This document shows positions 19,301 to 27,401 of a stretch of 64,000 nucleotides of DNA, in pieces; position 1 is the stretch's first letter, and every line of letters begins with the position of its first letter. Source of the DNA: an uncultured Bacteroidota bacterium (GTDB taxonomy: Bacteria; Bacteroidota; Bacteroidia; Chitinophagales; Chitinophagaceae); assembly GCA_903929195.1 (NCBI GenBank), contig CAIYTT010000014.1, positions 245-64,244 on the forward strand. Reading direction: 5' to 3'. Position numbers and translations under genes: made by a program. Under the pieces are notes generated by a model, which worked only from the letters and a program-made list of their open reading frames with translations, searched no databases and was not told the DNA's origin.

Positions 19301-20232
19301 CTTGTAGCACCTGCAATTGCAGATGCACCATTATACCACTGATAACTATAACCACTGCCTGCTGTGGCTGTAAGGGTTACGCTATCGCCGGCACAAAAGG
19401 TTACAGGGCCGGAAGCTGTAACTGTTGTAAGTGGTAATGGATTTACGATTACAGAATCTATTGCCGTTGCAGAACAACCTAAAGTAGTAGTGCCGGTAAC
19501 AGTATATATTGTTGTACTGCCGGGTGTTGCTGTAACCGTTGCCCCCGTAGTAGCAGAAAGACCGGTTGAAGGCAACCAAGAATAAGTACCACCTGTGCCT
19601 GCACCTGTAGCTGTTAATGACACGCCACTGCCACCGCTGCAAAAGCTTGTAGGCGAAGGACTAACCGATATTGTGGGTGTAGTACAGGTAACATTAATGT
19701 AATATTCACATGCTTCGCCATAATTACCGGTACAAGGTTGCCCGCTGGATAACTCTGACAAAAAAACACGCATGTGTAAATTTACACCTGTTACAACACC
19801 GGTAGTAGGTATTGTAAAATTATAAGTTGTTGCTGTTACATGCGAGCCTAAAGTAATCATAGTACCTGCCAATTCTCCCGGAGAGTAAATACCGTCATTA
19901 TTCCAATCTACATATACGGTTAGGTATCCGGTATATGTACAATATACTCTATTGATACTCATGTTTACAGTTGTGCCTGCCGGTGCAGTAATGCCCTGTG
20001 TAGCAAAATAATTAAAATAAGAACCGGAACAAGACGAACCTGAGTAAGCTATTGTAGAACTTACTGAAGTACCTGATGCAGTTATTGATGTATAATACTC
20101 TGCACTACAGCCAGAAGAAAAAGTTGGGGATGCAGTTGTTGCACAGGTTGCAGTTGCTTTATTTATTGTAGCTAAGAAAAGAAAAGTTACAATTAGGGGT
20201 AAAAATTTTGTAGAAATAGAACTGTTTTTCAT
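16345..20232 (-). CDS. giant T9SS-secreted surface protein: GEVED-like N-terminal domain, about 13 Ig-like repeats, type A CTD
   Basis: Signal peptide. 'YVDWNNDGIYSPGE' is GEVED-like. The repeated ~78-aa unit reads '..TFC.G.SV.L.A..G.GY.YQW(Y/F)N....I.GA....Y.A...G.Y.V.V....GC...S..V.VNP.P'. The CTD reads 'ISIYPNPATNTIHIS...GLYIISV'. Confidence 0.8.
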   Translation of the reverse strand: MKNSSISTKFLPLIVTFLFLATINKATATCATTASPTFSSGCSAEYYTSITASGTSVSSTIAYSGSSCSGSYFNYFATQGITAPAGTTVNMSINRVYCTYTGYLTVYVDWNNDGIYSPGELAGTMITLGSHVTATTYNFTIPTTGVVTGVNLHMRVFLSELSSGQPCTGNYGEACEYYINVTCTTPTISVSPSPTSFCSGGSGVSLTATGAGTGGTYSWLPSTGLSATTGATVTATPGSTTIYTVTGTTTLGCSATAIDSVIVNPLPLTTVTASGPVTFCAGDSVTLTATAGSGYSYQWYNGASAIAGATSISYTTNANGTYSVLVTSGFGCSATSTSTVVTVNPLPTAVITPAGPTTFCSGGSVVLNATTGAGYTYQWFNGSTLITGAVTAAHTVTTSGTYKVVITNGSGCIDTSIGVIVTVNPLPTTTISLSGSLTFCAGGSVTLTATSGAGYSYQWYRGVTAIAGATTISYTATTTGNYKVTVTSGAGCSATSITYTVTVSALPTASITAAGPTTFCAGSSVVLNAVSGAGYTYQWFNSGTAISGAVSSSYTATTNGNYTIVVTSASGCTDTSTSISVTVNPLPSTIVTASGSLTFCSGDSVILTTIGGLGYSYEWYNGVTAIAGATNNSYSALVSGNYKVTVTNTFGCSATSSITTVTVNTVPTAIITPAGATTFCTGSSVVLNATTGAGYSYVWLNSGTLITGAASAAYTATTTGNYVVVITGTGGCTDTSLATVVTVNPLPTATITASGVTTFCAGNSVTFTTSAGAGYTYQWYNGVTLIIGATNISYTATTNGNYNVIVSNSFGCTATSISTPVTVIPIPSSVITASGPTTFCSGSSVVLSCTPGAGFTYQWYNTGFAIPGANAPSYTATVPGTYTVRIINIAGCSSTTTTGITVTVNPIPTITVTASGALTFCAGGFVNLTASTASSYQWYNGTTLIAGATNGTYGAVTTGNYNVTETNSFGCSNTSSSTSVVVNPLPNTVISASGSTILCPGGTVTLSVPAVAGTTYQWFFNGAVITGAIANSYIAIASGLYNVSVLSGSGCTATSATTNVTIISSPIIVAVGDTKLCSGYSLLLKVDVGGSTTGLNFQWKLNGVAIIGATNSTYVTSMGGNFTCVVSIPGSCTTTTPVMNVIVYPPLHPLVYWNGHTFSTENDYVSYQWYNNAISIPGATTNSVVPGINGSYRVKVTDTNGCEAYSSAYLLYNLSVSNTINSSEISIYPNPATNTIHISCPVKYNAVITAIDGKTVISYTDADEINISSLSKGLYIISVYNEDKQLIKVEKLIKE
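16815..19680 (-). repeat. coding tandem array of about 12-13 units of ~234 bp (Ig-like modules, alternating A/B subtypes)
   Basis: The 'Y.YQWYNG..AIAGAT' and 'Y.YQWFN.GT.I.GAV' motifs recur about every 78 aa. Confidence 0.75.
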
Positions 20233-20612
20233 TATACGAATAATATTAACTCAAATACTTATTAAAAAAATAATTGTTGTATTTTTTGTAAAAGTAGGGG
20301 TATAATGTTGCTACAAATAACTTTTTAGATTAAGTAATTATTATGTTATTGTTACTTTTTAATTGATATAATTTTATCTATAAAATGATTACGTTTTTAA
20401 CTGATTATAAAATTATGAAATAGTACATATGATGCCACCTATAAAAGCGAAGCCAAAACCTAAATTTACTTATTGCATATTCCTTTCAACATAAGGGAAA
20501 TAGAATATCCTTGTTTTCTGCCGGCATTTACTTAATCCTTAATCATGACAATATATTTTCTTACTTTTGCACATAATAGTATCTTTTATGATGACGAAGG
20601 AACAACGTATAA

Positions 20613-20804
20613 CATATTTACGCCTTTGTTGGTGTTTTCACCAACAAATAGTTTGCCCCCCCCGATGACGAGTACAATCCATACTAACTATGATATGTTG
20701 TTTGTTGATGAAAACACCAACAAAGGCAATGTAAGATAAAAAACATAACTATCTTGTGTTATGCTGTTGTTTGTTGGTGAAAACACCAACAAAGGCACAA
20801 ATGG
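20613..20804 (+). repeat. triple-palindrome element, copy A (MITE-like)
   Basis: Three copies of GCC+TTTGTTGGTGTTTTCACCAACAAA: 20622-20648 (+), 20701-20727 (inverted, one mismatch) and 20770-20796 (inverted). A conserved core GATGACGAGTACAATCC lies between the first two copies. A C8 tract sits at 20656-20663. Confidence 0.85.
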
Positions 20805-21287
20805 TTATTGTAGTTAGATATTCAATTTCTGTGCCACCTTATAAATTTCAATCAAATCTTCATACAATTGGTTCGACATTTCCCCGCTTGGGACTACTAA
20901 ACTTAACCGATGAAAAGAGTATTAGCTTGTGGGCTTTTTTGTTTTTTCAAAGTACCCCTTTTACGGGAGACCATTTTGAACTGGAACTATCCCGTTGCAA
21001 TTCTAATAATTTTCAAGTTTTCCTTGATGAGTTCTCTAAATTAAACCACGAAGAATTTAACCGGAGTAAAAACGGCAAGAAAAATAAGGTGGAAAATGAA
21101 ACGCGATTTTACCAATAACTACATAAATCTATTGATGAAGTAAGTGAATTTATTAAAAATCAAGTTCGTAAATTAACAAATAGAAATGTTGTAAATATAT
21201 GTGGATTTGAGTATATTATTTCAAGTATATTTTGGACTAATATGTATTAAGCATAAGTATAAATAATACTTTAAACCCTAACTCCGC

Positions 21288-22760
21288 TTAATTTAGGTAG
21301 TCTATTTTTAGTTTATTGAAGAGTGCCGTAGTTTTAAGTGACATTTCGGAAATAACCCATTTATCATTTATTTTGAGTTTAAATATGCTTTTAGACATTT
21401 CAACAATGTCCATTGGTGAGTATTTAGAAAGCAAATTGGCTTGTTTGAGCAAAATGAATAGCTTATAGTAGGCAATCATAGCGATAAAATTAGCCATTAG
21501 CCAACCTTCAAGTACATATCTGTCCTGCATATAGGTTTTGTCAGCCTTGAGAAAATTTTTATAGGCATCAAACATAATTTCAATTTCATTTCTTTGTTTG
21601 TAAATTTCGTAAAGTTCTTGAGGTGTTACCGCATTTGCTAAGTGACTTACCAATGTTAAAGTGCCAAACCGGTTGATTTTTTCGTAAAAATCAGTTTCAT
21701 TATATTTGTCAGGATGTGTTTTTATGCGTAAAATATAATCACTTTGTTCCTCGACCCCTAAACGTTCGTCAAGGTAAGTAACTATTTTTTTCCCTTCATT
21801 CTCATATTCATAGTACCAGATGATGCGTTTCTGATAAGAAAAATATTTTTTGATTTTTTGCTTAAAATTACCCTCCTGCATGGGCTTGTAGTCTATTAAT
21901 GTATTGTTTCGGTACAATGGGATGATATAATGTAGCTTATTGGCTTGTAAGTCGGCTGTGTTCTGTTTACTGTAAAAACCTTTGTCGGCAATAAAAACAA
22001 TATTGGGTGTACCAAGTTCCTCCACACATTTTTTCATTGATTTGCCATCGGTTATATTGCCATTAATGAGCCTGTAGTAAACCGGTTGTTTGAGTTGTGC
22101 GGAAAAAATATACATGAGCCGTATTTGCGGGTCGAATTGGTGTTGTGGATTATAACCCTTTGCATTGACATGGATATTTTCTGACAAGGTATGAATGTGT
22201 GTAGAATCAATCATTACAAAATTATCGGCAACGGATTGGGCTAGGCCAATCCTGCTTTTCATCCATTCCAACAGTTTGTTCCTGTTTTCCCCCGCAAACT
22301 TAAGTGTAGCACTTATTTTCTTATCGTCCATCCCTGATTTTGCCCATTGCTCAGAGCTGTAATCATGCGCATGGAGGTAAGGTATCCTTTTGAGTGGGCA
22401 TTGGTATCCAAAACGCATCATGGATACACATAAGAGTGTCTCAATAACATCGGTATCAAATAAGCTAAGCAGACTCTTCAAATCCTCCGCCAACAGCAAA
22501 CTAAACAGCCGGTAAAGACCATAGGTTTTAATATCCACCTTGGGTAGCTGATCCGCTTTGCTCTTCAAAGCCAACTTGTCTGAGACAATGAAACCATCAT
22601 CTTCTGTAATACGACCCAACAATTGCTTCGTTATCTTGTCAGTTCGCTTTTTCTCAGGGTTGTATTTATATTCAACCGCATATTTATAGTATCCTCCTGA
22701 TACTAATTTGATTTCTGTTTTTCGCTCTTTATAGGGAAGAACCCATTGTGGTAAACTCAT
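21288..22760 (-). CDS. DDE transposase (IS4 superfamily, IS1634-like)
   Basis: 490 aa with 'VMIDSTHI' (D), 'FIADKGFYS' (D) and 'YKQRNEIEIMFDAYKN' (E with the YREK-like signature). Confidence 0.8.
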   Translation of the reverse strand: MSLPQWVLPYKERKTEIKLVSGGYYKYAVEYKYNPEKKRTDKITKQLLGRITEDDGFIVSDKLALKSKADQLPKVDIKTYGLYRLFSLLLAEDLKSLLSLFDTDVIETLLCVSMMRFGYQCPLKRIPYLHAHDYSSEQWAKSGMDDKKISATLKFAGENRNKLLEWMKSRIGLAQSVADNFVMIDSTHIHTLSENIHVNAKGYNPQHQFDPQIRLMYIFSAQLKQPVYYRLINGNITDGKSMKKCVEELGTPNIVFIADKGFYSKQNTADLQANKLHYIIPLYRNNTLIDYKPMQEGNFKQKIKKYFSYQKRIIWYYEYENEGKKIVTYLDERLGVEEQSDYILRIKTHPDKYNETDFYEKINRFGTLTLVSHLANAVTPQELYEIYKQRNEIEIMFDAYKNFLKADKTYMQDRYVLEGWLMANFIAMIAYYKLFILLKQANLLSKYSPMDIVEMSKSIFKLKINDKWVISEMSLKTTALFNKLKIDYLN

Positions 22761-22763
22761 AGA

Positions 22764-22779
22764 CTACCTAATTAGGTAG
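22764..22779 (-). promoter_or_regulatory. 16-bp perfect palindrome immediately upstream of the transposase start codon
   Basis: CTACCTAATTAGGTAG is its own reverse complement and ends 3 nt before the ATG at 22760. Its position suits a translation-occluding hairpin or a transposase/operator site. Confidence 0.35.
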
Positions 22780-22926
22780 CTCAAAAATACAAAAAAATTG
22801 GAGCAAACAAATGCTGCTCCTCATTTTTTTTATTTAGACGGGGTAAATTTTGCGGAGTTAGGGTTTAAAGGTAAAAACAAACGCACTGTAAGGTAATAAA
22901 GAAATTGATTATGGTACAATAATTAT

Positions 22927-22971
22927 ACTGCCCATGTAACCCTTATTACCAATTAGGATGCCATGGGCAGT
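22927..22971 (-). terminator. possible terminator of rny (long-loop hairpin)
   Basis: 10-bp stem ACTGCCCATG / CATGGGCAGT with a 25-nt loop, about 20 nt after the rny stop. The large loop lowers confidence. Confidence 0.35.
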
Positions 22972-22991
22972 TTAATATATTATTAAATTAT

Positions 22992-24560
22992 TTATCTTGC
23001 AATGCTCACTGCTCTCAATTCTCTAATAACCGTAATTTTTATTTGACCCGGATATTGCATTTCTTTTTGTATTTTATCAGCTATTTCGAAAGATAAACGT
23101 TGGCTGTCGGCATCTGTTATTTTTTCTGCTTCTACAATAACTCTTAATTCCCTACCTGCTTGTATCGCATACGCTTTTTCTACTCCTGTGTAGGCTAATG
23201 CAAGGTTTTCCAAGTCTTTAATACGTTGCAGATAGCTTTGCATCATTTCCCTTCTTGCACCCGGTCTCGCACCACTAATGGCATCGCAAGCCTGCACTAT
23301 TGGCGAAATAATATACAACATTTCCATTTCATCATGGTGGGCACCAATGGCATTAACAATAGAAGGATGTTCACCACATCTTTCTGCAATTTTAGCACCA
23401 AGCAATGCATGGCTCAACTCTGTTTCTTCGTCAGGTACTTTACCAATATCATGAAGTAAACCGGCTCTTTTTGCAAGTTTCACCACTTTTTGCCCTAAAC
23501 CAAGTTCGGCAGCCATAATACCACAGAGGTTAGCTGTTTCTTTAGAGTGCATTAATAGATTCTGTCCATAAGAAGACCGGAAACGCATTTTACCAACTAA
23601 ACGTACCAAATCTTTATGTAAACCATGCACGCCCAATTCAATAATAGTGCGTTCGCCAATTTCCATTATTTGTTCTTCCAGTTGTTTCTTTGTTTTTTCC
23701 ACAACCTCTTCAATACGAGCAGGGTGTATTCTGCCATCTTGTACCAATCGTTGTAAAGAAAGCCGTGCTATTTCTCTGCGTAGTGGATCGAAACAGCTGA
23801 GTACAATTGCTTCAGGGGTGTCGTCAATTATTAAATCTACACCGGTAGCCGCTTCAATAGCACGAATATTTCTACCTTCCCTACCTATTATTTGTCCTTT
23901 TATTTCGTCGCTTTCCAGATTAAATACGGTTATAGCATTTTCAATAGTCTGTTCTGCTGCAACCCTCTGTATAGATTGAATAATAATCTTTTTCGCTTCT
24001 TTATTGGCATTTACCTTAGCCTCTTCCATTATGTCTTTTACATAAGCCATAGCGCGGGTTCGTGCTTCTTCTTTTACCAATTCCATCAATTCAAGTTTGG
24101 CTTGTTCGGCAGACAAACCAGCTACTTTTTCTAATCTTTTAACATGCTCCTCGTGATGGCGTTCTAATTCTATTTTCTTTATATTAAAAGATTCCGTTTG
24201 TCTTTCCAGATTTTCTTTTAATGTTTCATTCTCTTGAATTTGTTTTTGTAAAGCGGCTGTTTTATCACTTATAGATTGTTGCTGTTGTTTTATTTTATTT
24301 TCAGCTTCGGCTAATTTTTGATTTCTAACGGTAACCTCTTTGTCATGCGTGCTTTTAAGTTGTAAAAATTGTTCTTTTGCTTCAAGTATTTTCTTCTCTT
24401 TTAAAGTTTCTGCCATGATTGTGGCATCTTCTATTGTTTTTTTTGCTAATGCGTCAGCATCTTCTATTTCCTTTTTTGTATTTTTAGCAAAAATTAATTT
24501 ACCCAGAAATATGCCAATAGGTACTCCTGCTATCGCAATGATAGCTAATATTATTTCCAT
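22992..24560 (-). CDS. rny: ribonuclease Y
   Basis: N-terminal TM helix, a long coiled coil, a KH domain ('[13 protein letters not shown]') and an HD domain ('LLHDIGK', 'AHHD'). Confidence 0.9.
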   Translation of the reverse strand: MEIILAIIAIAGVPIGIFLGKLIFAKNTKKEIEDADALAKKTIEDATIMAETLKEKKILEAKEQFLQLKSTHDKEVTVRNQKLAEAENKIKQQQQSISDKTAALQKQIQENETLKENLERQTESFNIKKIELERHHEEHVKRLEKVAGLSAEQAKLELMELVKEEARTRAMAYVKDIMEEAKVNANKEAKKIIIQSIQRVAAEQTIENAITVFNLESDEIKGQIIGREGRNIRAIEAATGVDLIIDDTPEAIVLSCFDPLRREIARLSLQRLVQDGRIHPARIEEVVEKTKKQLEEQIMEIGERTIIELGVHGLHKDLVRLVGKMRFRSSYGQNLLMHSKETANLCGIMAAELGLGQKVVKLAKRAGLLHDIGKVPDEETELSHALLGAKIAERCGEHPSIVNAIGAHHDEMEMLYIISPIVQACDAISGARPGARREMMQSYLQRIKDLENLALAYTGVEKAYAIQAGRELRVIVEAEKITDADSQRLSFEIADKIQKEMQYPGQIKITVIRELRAVSIAR

Positions 24561-24755
24561 TTTGTTTTGTAGCTTTTAAGTGAAAAATGTTCATTACCAA
24601 TAAAAATAAGCAATAAAAAATAATACATATATATGCTTACTATTTAAGCGTGCTAAGTTAAGAAAAGATTTTTGGAAAAATTTACTTCACATTATACATA
24701 TATTACCATAATGTTAAAAACTTCTCTTTTAGTTACTGATAGATAAATTATCTTT

Positions 24756-25559
24756 ATGGCATTTATTATACCAATGATGATTTTAGCCTATTCTTTTTGC
24801 AATGTTACCTTAATGCCTATCAGAAGCGAACCCTCGCATAAAGCTGAACAAATTAGCCAATTATTATATGGAGAAAGAGCTGAAATACAACATGTAAACA
24901 GTAATGAATGGGCTAAAATAAAATGTGCAAACGATGGTTATGAGGGTTGGTGTAAAGTTGCCCAATTAACCATAATAACTTACAAAGAATACAAAAAAAC
25001 AATTAAATATATTTCAAATTCTAATTTTAATTCATTATTGTTAAATAATTACAAACTTTACTTGCCTTTAGGTTGTGAGCTTACCTATTTAAAAAAATTG
25101 AATGCTGAATTTAAAATAATTAAATTTAAAGGCAAAAAGACAGATATAACAAAAACAATATTTAAAATTGAGGATGTTATAAATGCTGCATCTAATTACA
25201 TGAATGCACCTTATCAATGGGGCGGCAAAAGTGTTGTGGGTATCGATTGTTCGGGATTAACACAAATGGCTTATAAATTATGTAATTATTTATTGCCACG
25301 AGATGCAAGCCAGCAAGCTAATGTTGGTATTTTAGTAGATTTTCTGCAAAATAGCACTTGTGGTGATTTAGCTTTTTTTGATGATAAAGACGGCAAAATT
25401 ATTCATGTTGGCATACTTATAGATAACCAAACAATTTTACATGCAAGCGATACCGCAGGCAAAGTAACAATAGATAAAATAGACCAAGGTGGCATTATTA
25501 GCACAAAACAAAAAAAGAGAACACATAAGTTAAGATTCGTAAAAAGAATATTTAATTGA
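24756..25559 (+). CDS. C40 (NlpC/P60) peptidase with an N-terminal SH3b-like domain
   Basis: 'CNVTLMPIRSEPSHKAEQISQLLYGE' is SH3b-like. 'GIDCSGLTQMAYK' holds the catalytic Cys and 'HVGILID' the His. A TATCTTTA box at 24747-24754 suggests the true start may be the ATG at 24774. Confidence 0.8.
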   Translation: MAFIIPMMILAYSFCNVTLMPIRSEPSHKAEQISQLLYGERAEIQHVNSNEWAKIKCANDGYEGWCKVAQLTIITYKEYKKTIKYISNSNFNSLLLNNYKLYLPLGCELTYLKKLNAEFKIIKFKGKKTDITKTIFKIEDVINAASNYMNAPYQWGGKSVVGIDCSGLTQMAYKLCNYLLPRDASQQANVGILVDFLQNSTCGDLAFFDDKDGKIIHVGILIDNQTILHASDTAGKVTIDKIDQGGIISTKQKKRTHKLRFVKRIFN

Positions 25560-25564
25560 ATCTA

Positions 25565-25623
25565 TTCTTACTTACCAATTCCCAGTAGGAAAAGCAGGAA
25601 GAACTTGCTATTGCAAAATTCTA
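25565..25623 (+). repeat. 97-bp repeat family, degenerate partial copy (DR0)
   Basis: 'attcttacttaccaattcccagtaggaaaagcaggaagaac...aattcta' aligns with the 3' half of DR1 and DR2. Confidence 0.5.
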
Positions 25624-26112
25624 CAAACCCCGATGATGTTTTGTAATTTGCCAAGGCATTATAAAATAATATCACCCGTATTGAAACAACCCACTGTTAC
25701 TAAAAATTTATTTGGGCAGTTTATTTTTTGTAGTTTATTGATAATGAGGTACTTGTAAAAATAAAACTGCTCATTAATTGCCCGTTTGTGTTTCATAGTG
25801 AGTTATTTTTTTTTGTTGCGTTATTGGGTTTGGGTGTAAGGTATTTTATTTTGGAGTAGCGTTTTAAAGTTTAATTGTACCTATTTAAGGTTGGTTATGG
25901 GGTATTTGTGTTGTTGGGCATAGGTTTGAGGGTGAGTGTTTTTGTGTGATTTTAGTTTAACTCCAATTCCTTTTAATCAATTACAACGCCCAACTTTAGC
26001 GAAATATGGGGTTAAACGGCAGCGGATGCTACAAGATTTTAGGTCGAAGATAGAACCTTTGACCAATTTGGTCTCCTAAACCATCCGGAACTAAAAGAGG
26101 GTTGTAACCTTT

Positions 26113-26185
26113 GCTGGTAAACATTCTTCTGGATTTTCCTCCGGGAATCCGGAAGTGAGAATGAACTCCTCCGAACGTATTTACC
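26113..26185 (-). repeat. 97-bp repeat family, inverted diverged copy (DRinv)
   Basis: Its reverse complement aligns with DR1/DR2 ('aatacgttc', 'cttcc.gattccc.g.ggaaaatc.agaagaa'). The hairpin at 26126-26155 is CTTCTGGATT / AATCCGGAAG. Confidence 0.6.
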
Positions 26186-26227
26186 TTAACAAAGCTTAAT
26201 GCAAGTAATGAAATTCTTAGCTATATA

Positions 26228-26324
26228 CCTTTTCATTTAACATCGGTTCTTTGAATACGTTCATAGAACGGCTTTATTTATTCTTCCTGATTCCCTGCGG
26301 AAAATCAGGAAGAACGGGAATTCT
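26228..26324 (+). repeat. 97-bp repeat family, copy DR1
   Basis: About 94% identical (6 differences by eye) to 27402-27498. It contains the hairpin CGTTCATAGAACG and a 10-bp stem, CTTCCTGATT (26283-26292) / AATCAGGAAG (26303-26312). It abuts the stop codon of the 26325..26981 gene. Confidence 0.85.
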
Positions 26325-26981
26325 CTACTTTACAATGTAATAACTTTGTAATTCCCAAACTCTACGCTTTATTGAGTCTAAAGGTTTATTTAGTATCATT
26401 TTTATAAATCCCACATCTGCATTAAAATAAAATGTATCTATATAAGGTGTTACATAAAAATATTTTCTTTCTACATGGCTTATTTCAGCAACATTCGTAT
26501 AATCATGTCCATTTTGCGTATATGTACCTATTATATTTAGTACAAACCCGGAATCGTGTATTGATTCAATTGGATTTATATTACCAATATTAAAAGGATA
26601 ATAAGAAAATATTTCATCTTTATTTATAACGCTAATATAGATTTCGTTACTAAAAAAAATCAGACTCCAATCTACAGAATCTAAATGATTTGCTTTAGAA
26701 CTATAATTTTTAATTCCCATTTCAATTTGTTCATAATTGTTAGAAGTAGAACCGTGTCCTGTTGATGCTGTTCCCATTGCATCATGATTATTGCTATTAT
26801 AAACATAAAAAGTATCAATTTTTCCACTTAAATCATCTCTCATAATCCAATAAGTACCATCTTTCCAATAAAATGCTGCTTTTAATGCTGCATTTACAGG
26901 TGTAAAAGTACTTTTTTGTTGTTGGCATTTTGTTAACAATAATATAACAAACGCACTTAATAAAAGTATTGTGTATTTCAT
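26325..26981 (-). CDS. hypothetical secreted/lipoprotein
   Basis: Signal peptide with a lipobox-like 'LLLTKC'. Coding-like composition over 218 aa. I recognise no family. Confidence 0.5.
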   Translation of the reverse strand: MKYTILLLSAFVILLLTKCQQQKSTFTPVNAALKAAFYWKDGTYWIMRDDLSGKIDTFYVYNSNNHDAMGTASTGHGSTSNNYEQIEMGIKNYSSKANHLDSVDWSLIFFSNEIYISVINKDEIFSYYPFNIGNINPIESIHDSGFVLNIIGTYTQNGHDYTNVAEISHVERKYFYVTPYIDTFYFNADVGFIKMILNKPLDSIKRRVWELQSYYIVK

Positions 26982-27085
26982 AAACTTTTTATTTTTGGGT
27001 TAATTTATCTAACATTGCACTCAATTTATCATTTTGCTTTTGTTGTTGTATAGCGTAAAAAGGAAGCTCTTCAATTTTTTGCAGC

Positions 27086-27276
27086 AGTTTTGTGCCTTTG
27101 TTGGTGTTTTCACCGACAAACAACATCATAATCCAAAATAGCTAAGTTTTTTATCTTTACATTCTCTTTGTTGGTGTTTTCATAAACAAAAACTTATTAT
27201 AATTAAAATGGATTATACTCGTCATCGGAAGAACAAACTATTTGTTGGTGAAAACACCAACAAAGGCGTAATAGTA
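27086..27276 (-). repeat. triple-palindrome element, copy B (inverted relative to copy A)
   Basis: Palindromes at 27094-27120, 27164-27190 (degenerate) and 27241-27267. The reverse complement of copy A aligns along the whole length at roughly 85% by eye, including the core GGATT(A/G)TACTCGTCATCGG. Confidence 0.85.
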
Positions 27277-27401
27277 GTTAAAGAGCTAAGTATAATTAAG
27301 TAAAAAAAGAGTTTTTTCATTATTTAATAATTCTTAAATAAAATTAACGAATTATTTTTAAAAAAATAGAGTGTTATTAAAAATTTAATATTGGGGGTCT
27401 A

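Larger units (their letters stand above)
21269..22870 (-). mobile_element. IS4/IS1634-like insertion sequence, apparently intact
   Basis: Perfect 19-bp terminal inverted repeats: CTTTAAACCCTAACTCCGC at 21269-21287 and GCGGAGTTAGGGTTTAAAG at 22852-22870. They enclose a single 490-aa transposase ORF. A second subterminal inverted-repeat pair lies at 21290-21305 and 22759-22773. Confidence 0.8.

Noticed and set aside
19364-19642. ORFs 19364..19585 (+) and 19382..19642 (-) inside the 1295-aa adhesin gene
   Set aside because: They are alternative-frame or antisense artefacts within a long, well-supported repeat-domain CDS.
20545-21118. ORFs 20545..20739 (64 aa) and 20756..21118 (120 aa) in the ORF track
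   Set aside because: They run straight through the palindromic repeat copies: 20545..20739 covers M1 and M2, and 20756..21118 begins just upstream of M3. They have no signal or known motif, have odd composition, and lack a promoter-like box. They are more likely non-coding. A 44-aa ORF at 20910 with a hydrophobic N-terminus was also considered, but nothing supports it.
26100-26160. SRP (4.5S) RNA, because of GCTGGTAAAC and TCCGGAAG strings
   Set aside because: The order and orientation of the motifs do not match the conserved domain IV (GUUUACCAGG…UCCGGAAGGAAGCAGC). The segment is better explained as the inverted copy of the 97-bp repeat.
20622-27267. CRISPR array formed by the repeated 24-27-nt palindromes
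   Set aside because: There are only three repeats per locus, in mixed orientation, with unequal spacers (52 and 42 nt). The spacers themselves are conserved between the two loci. No cas genes are present. This is not CRISPR-like.
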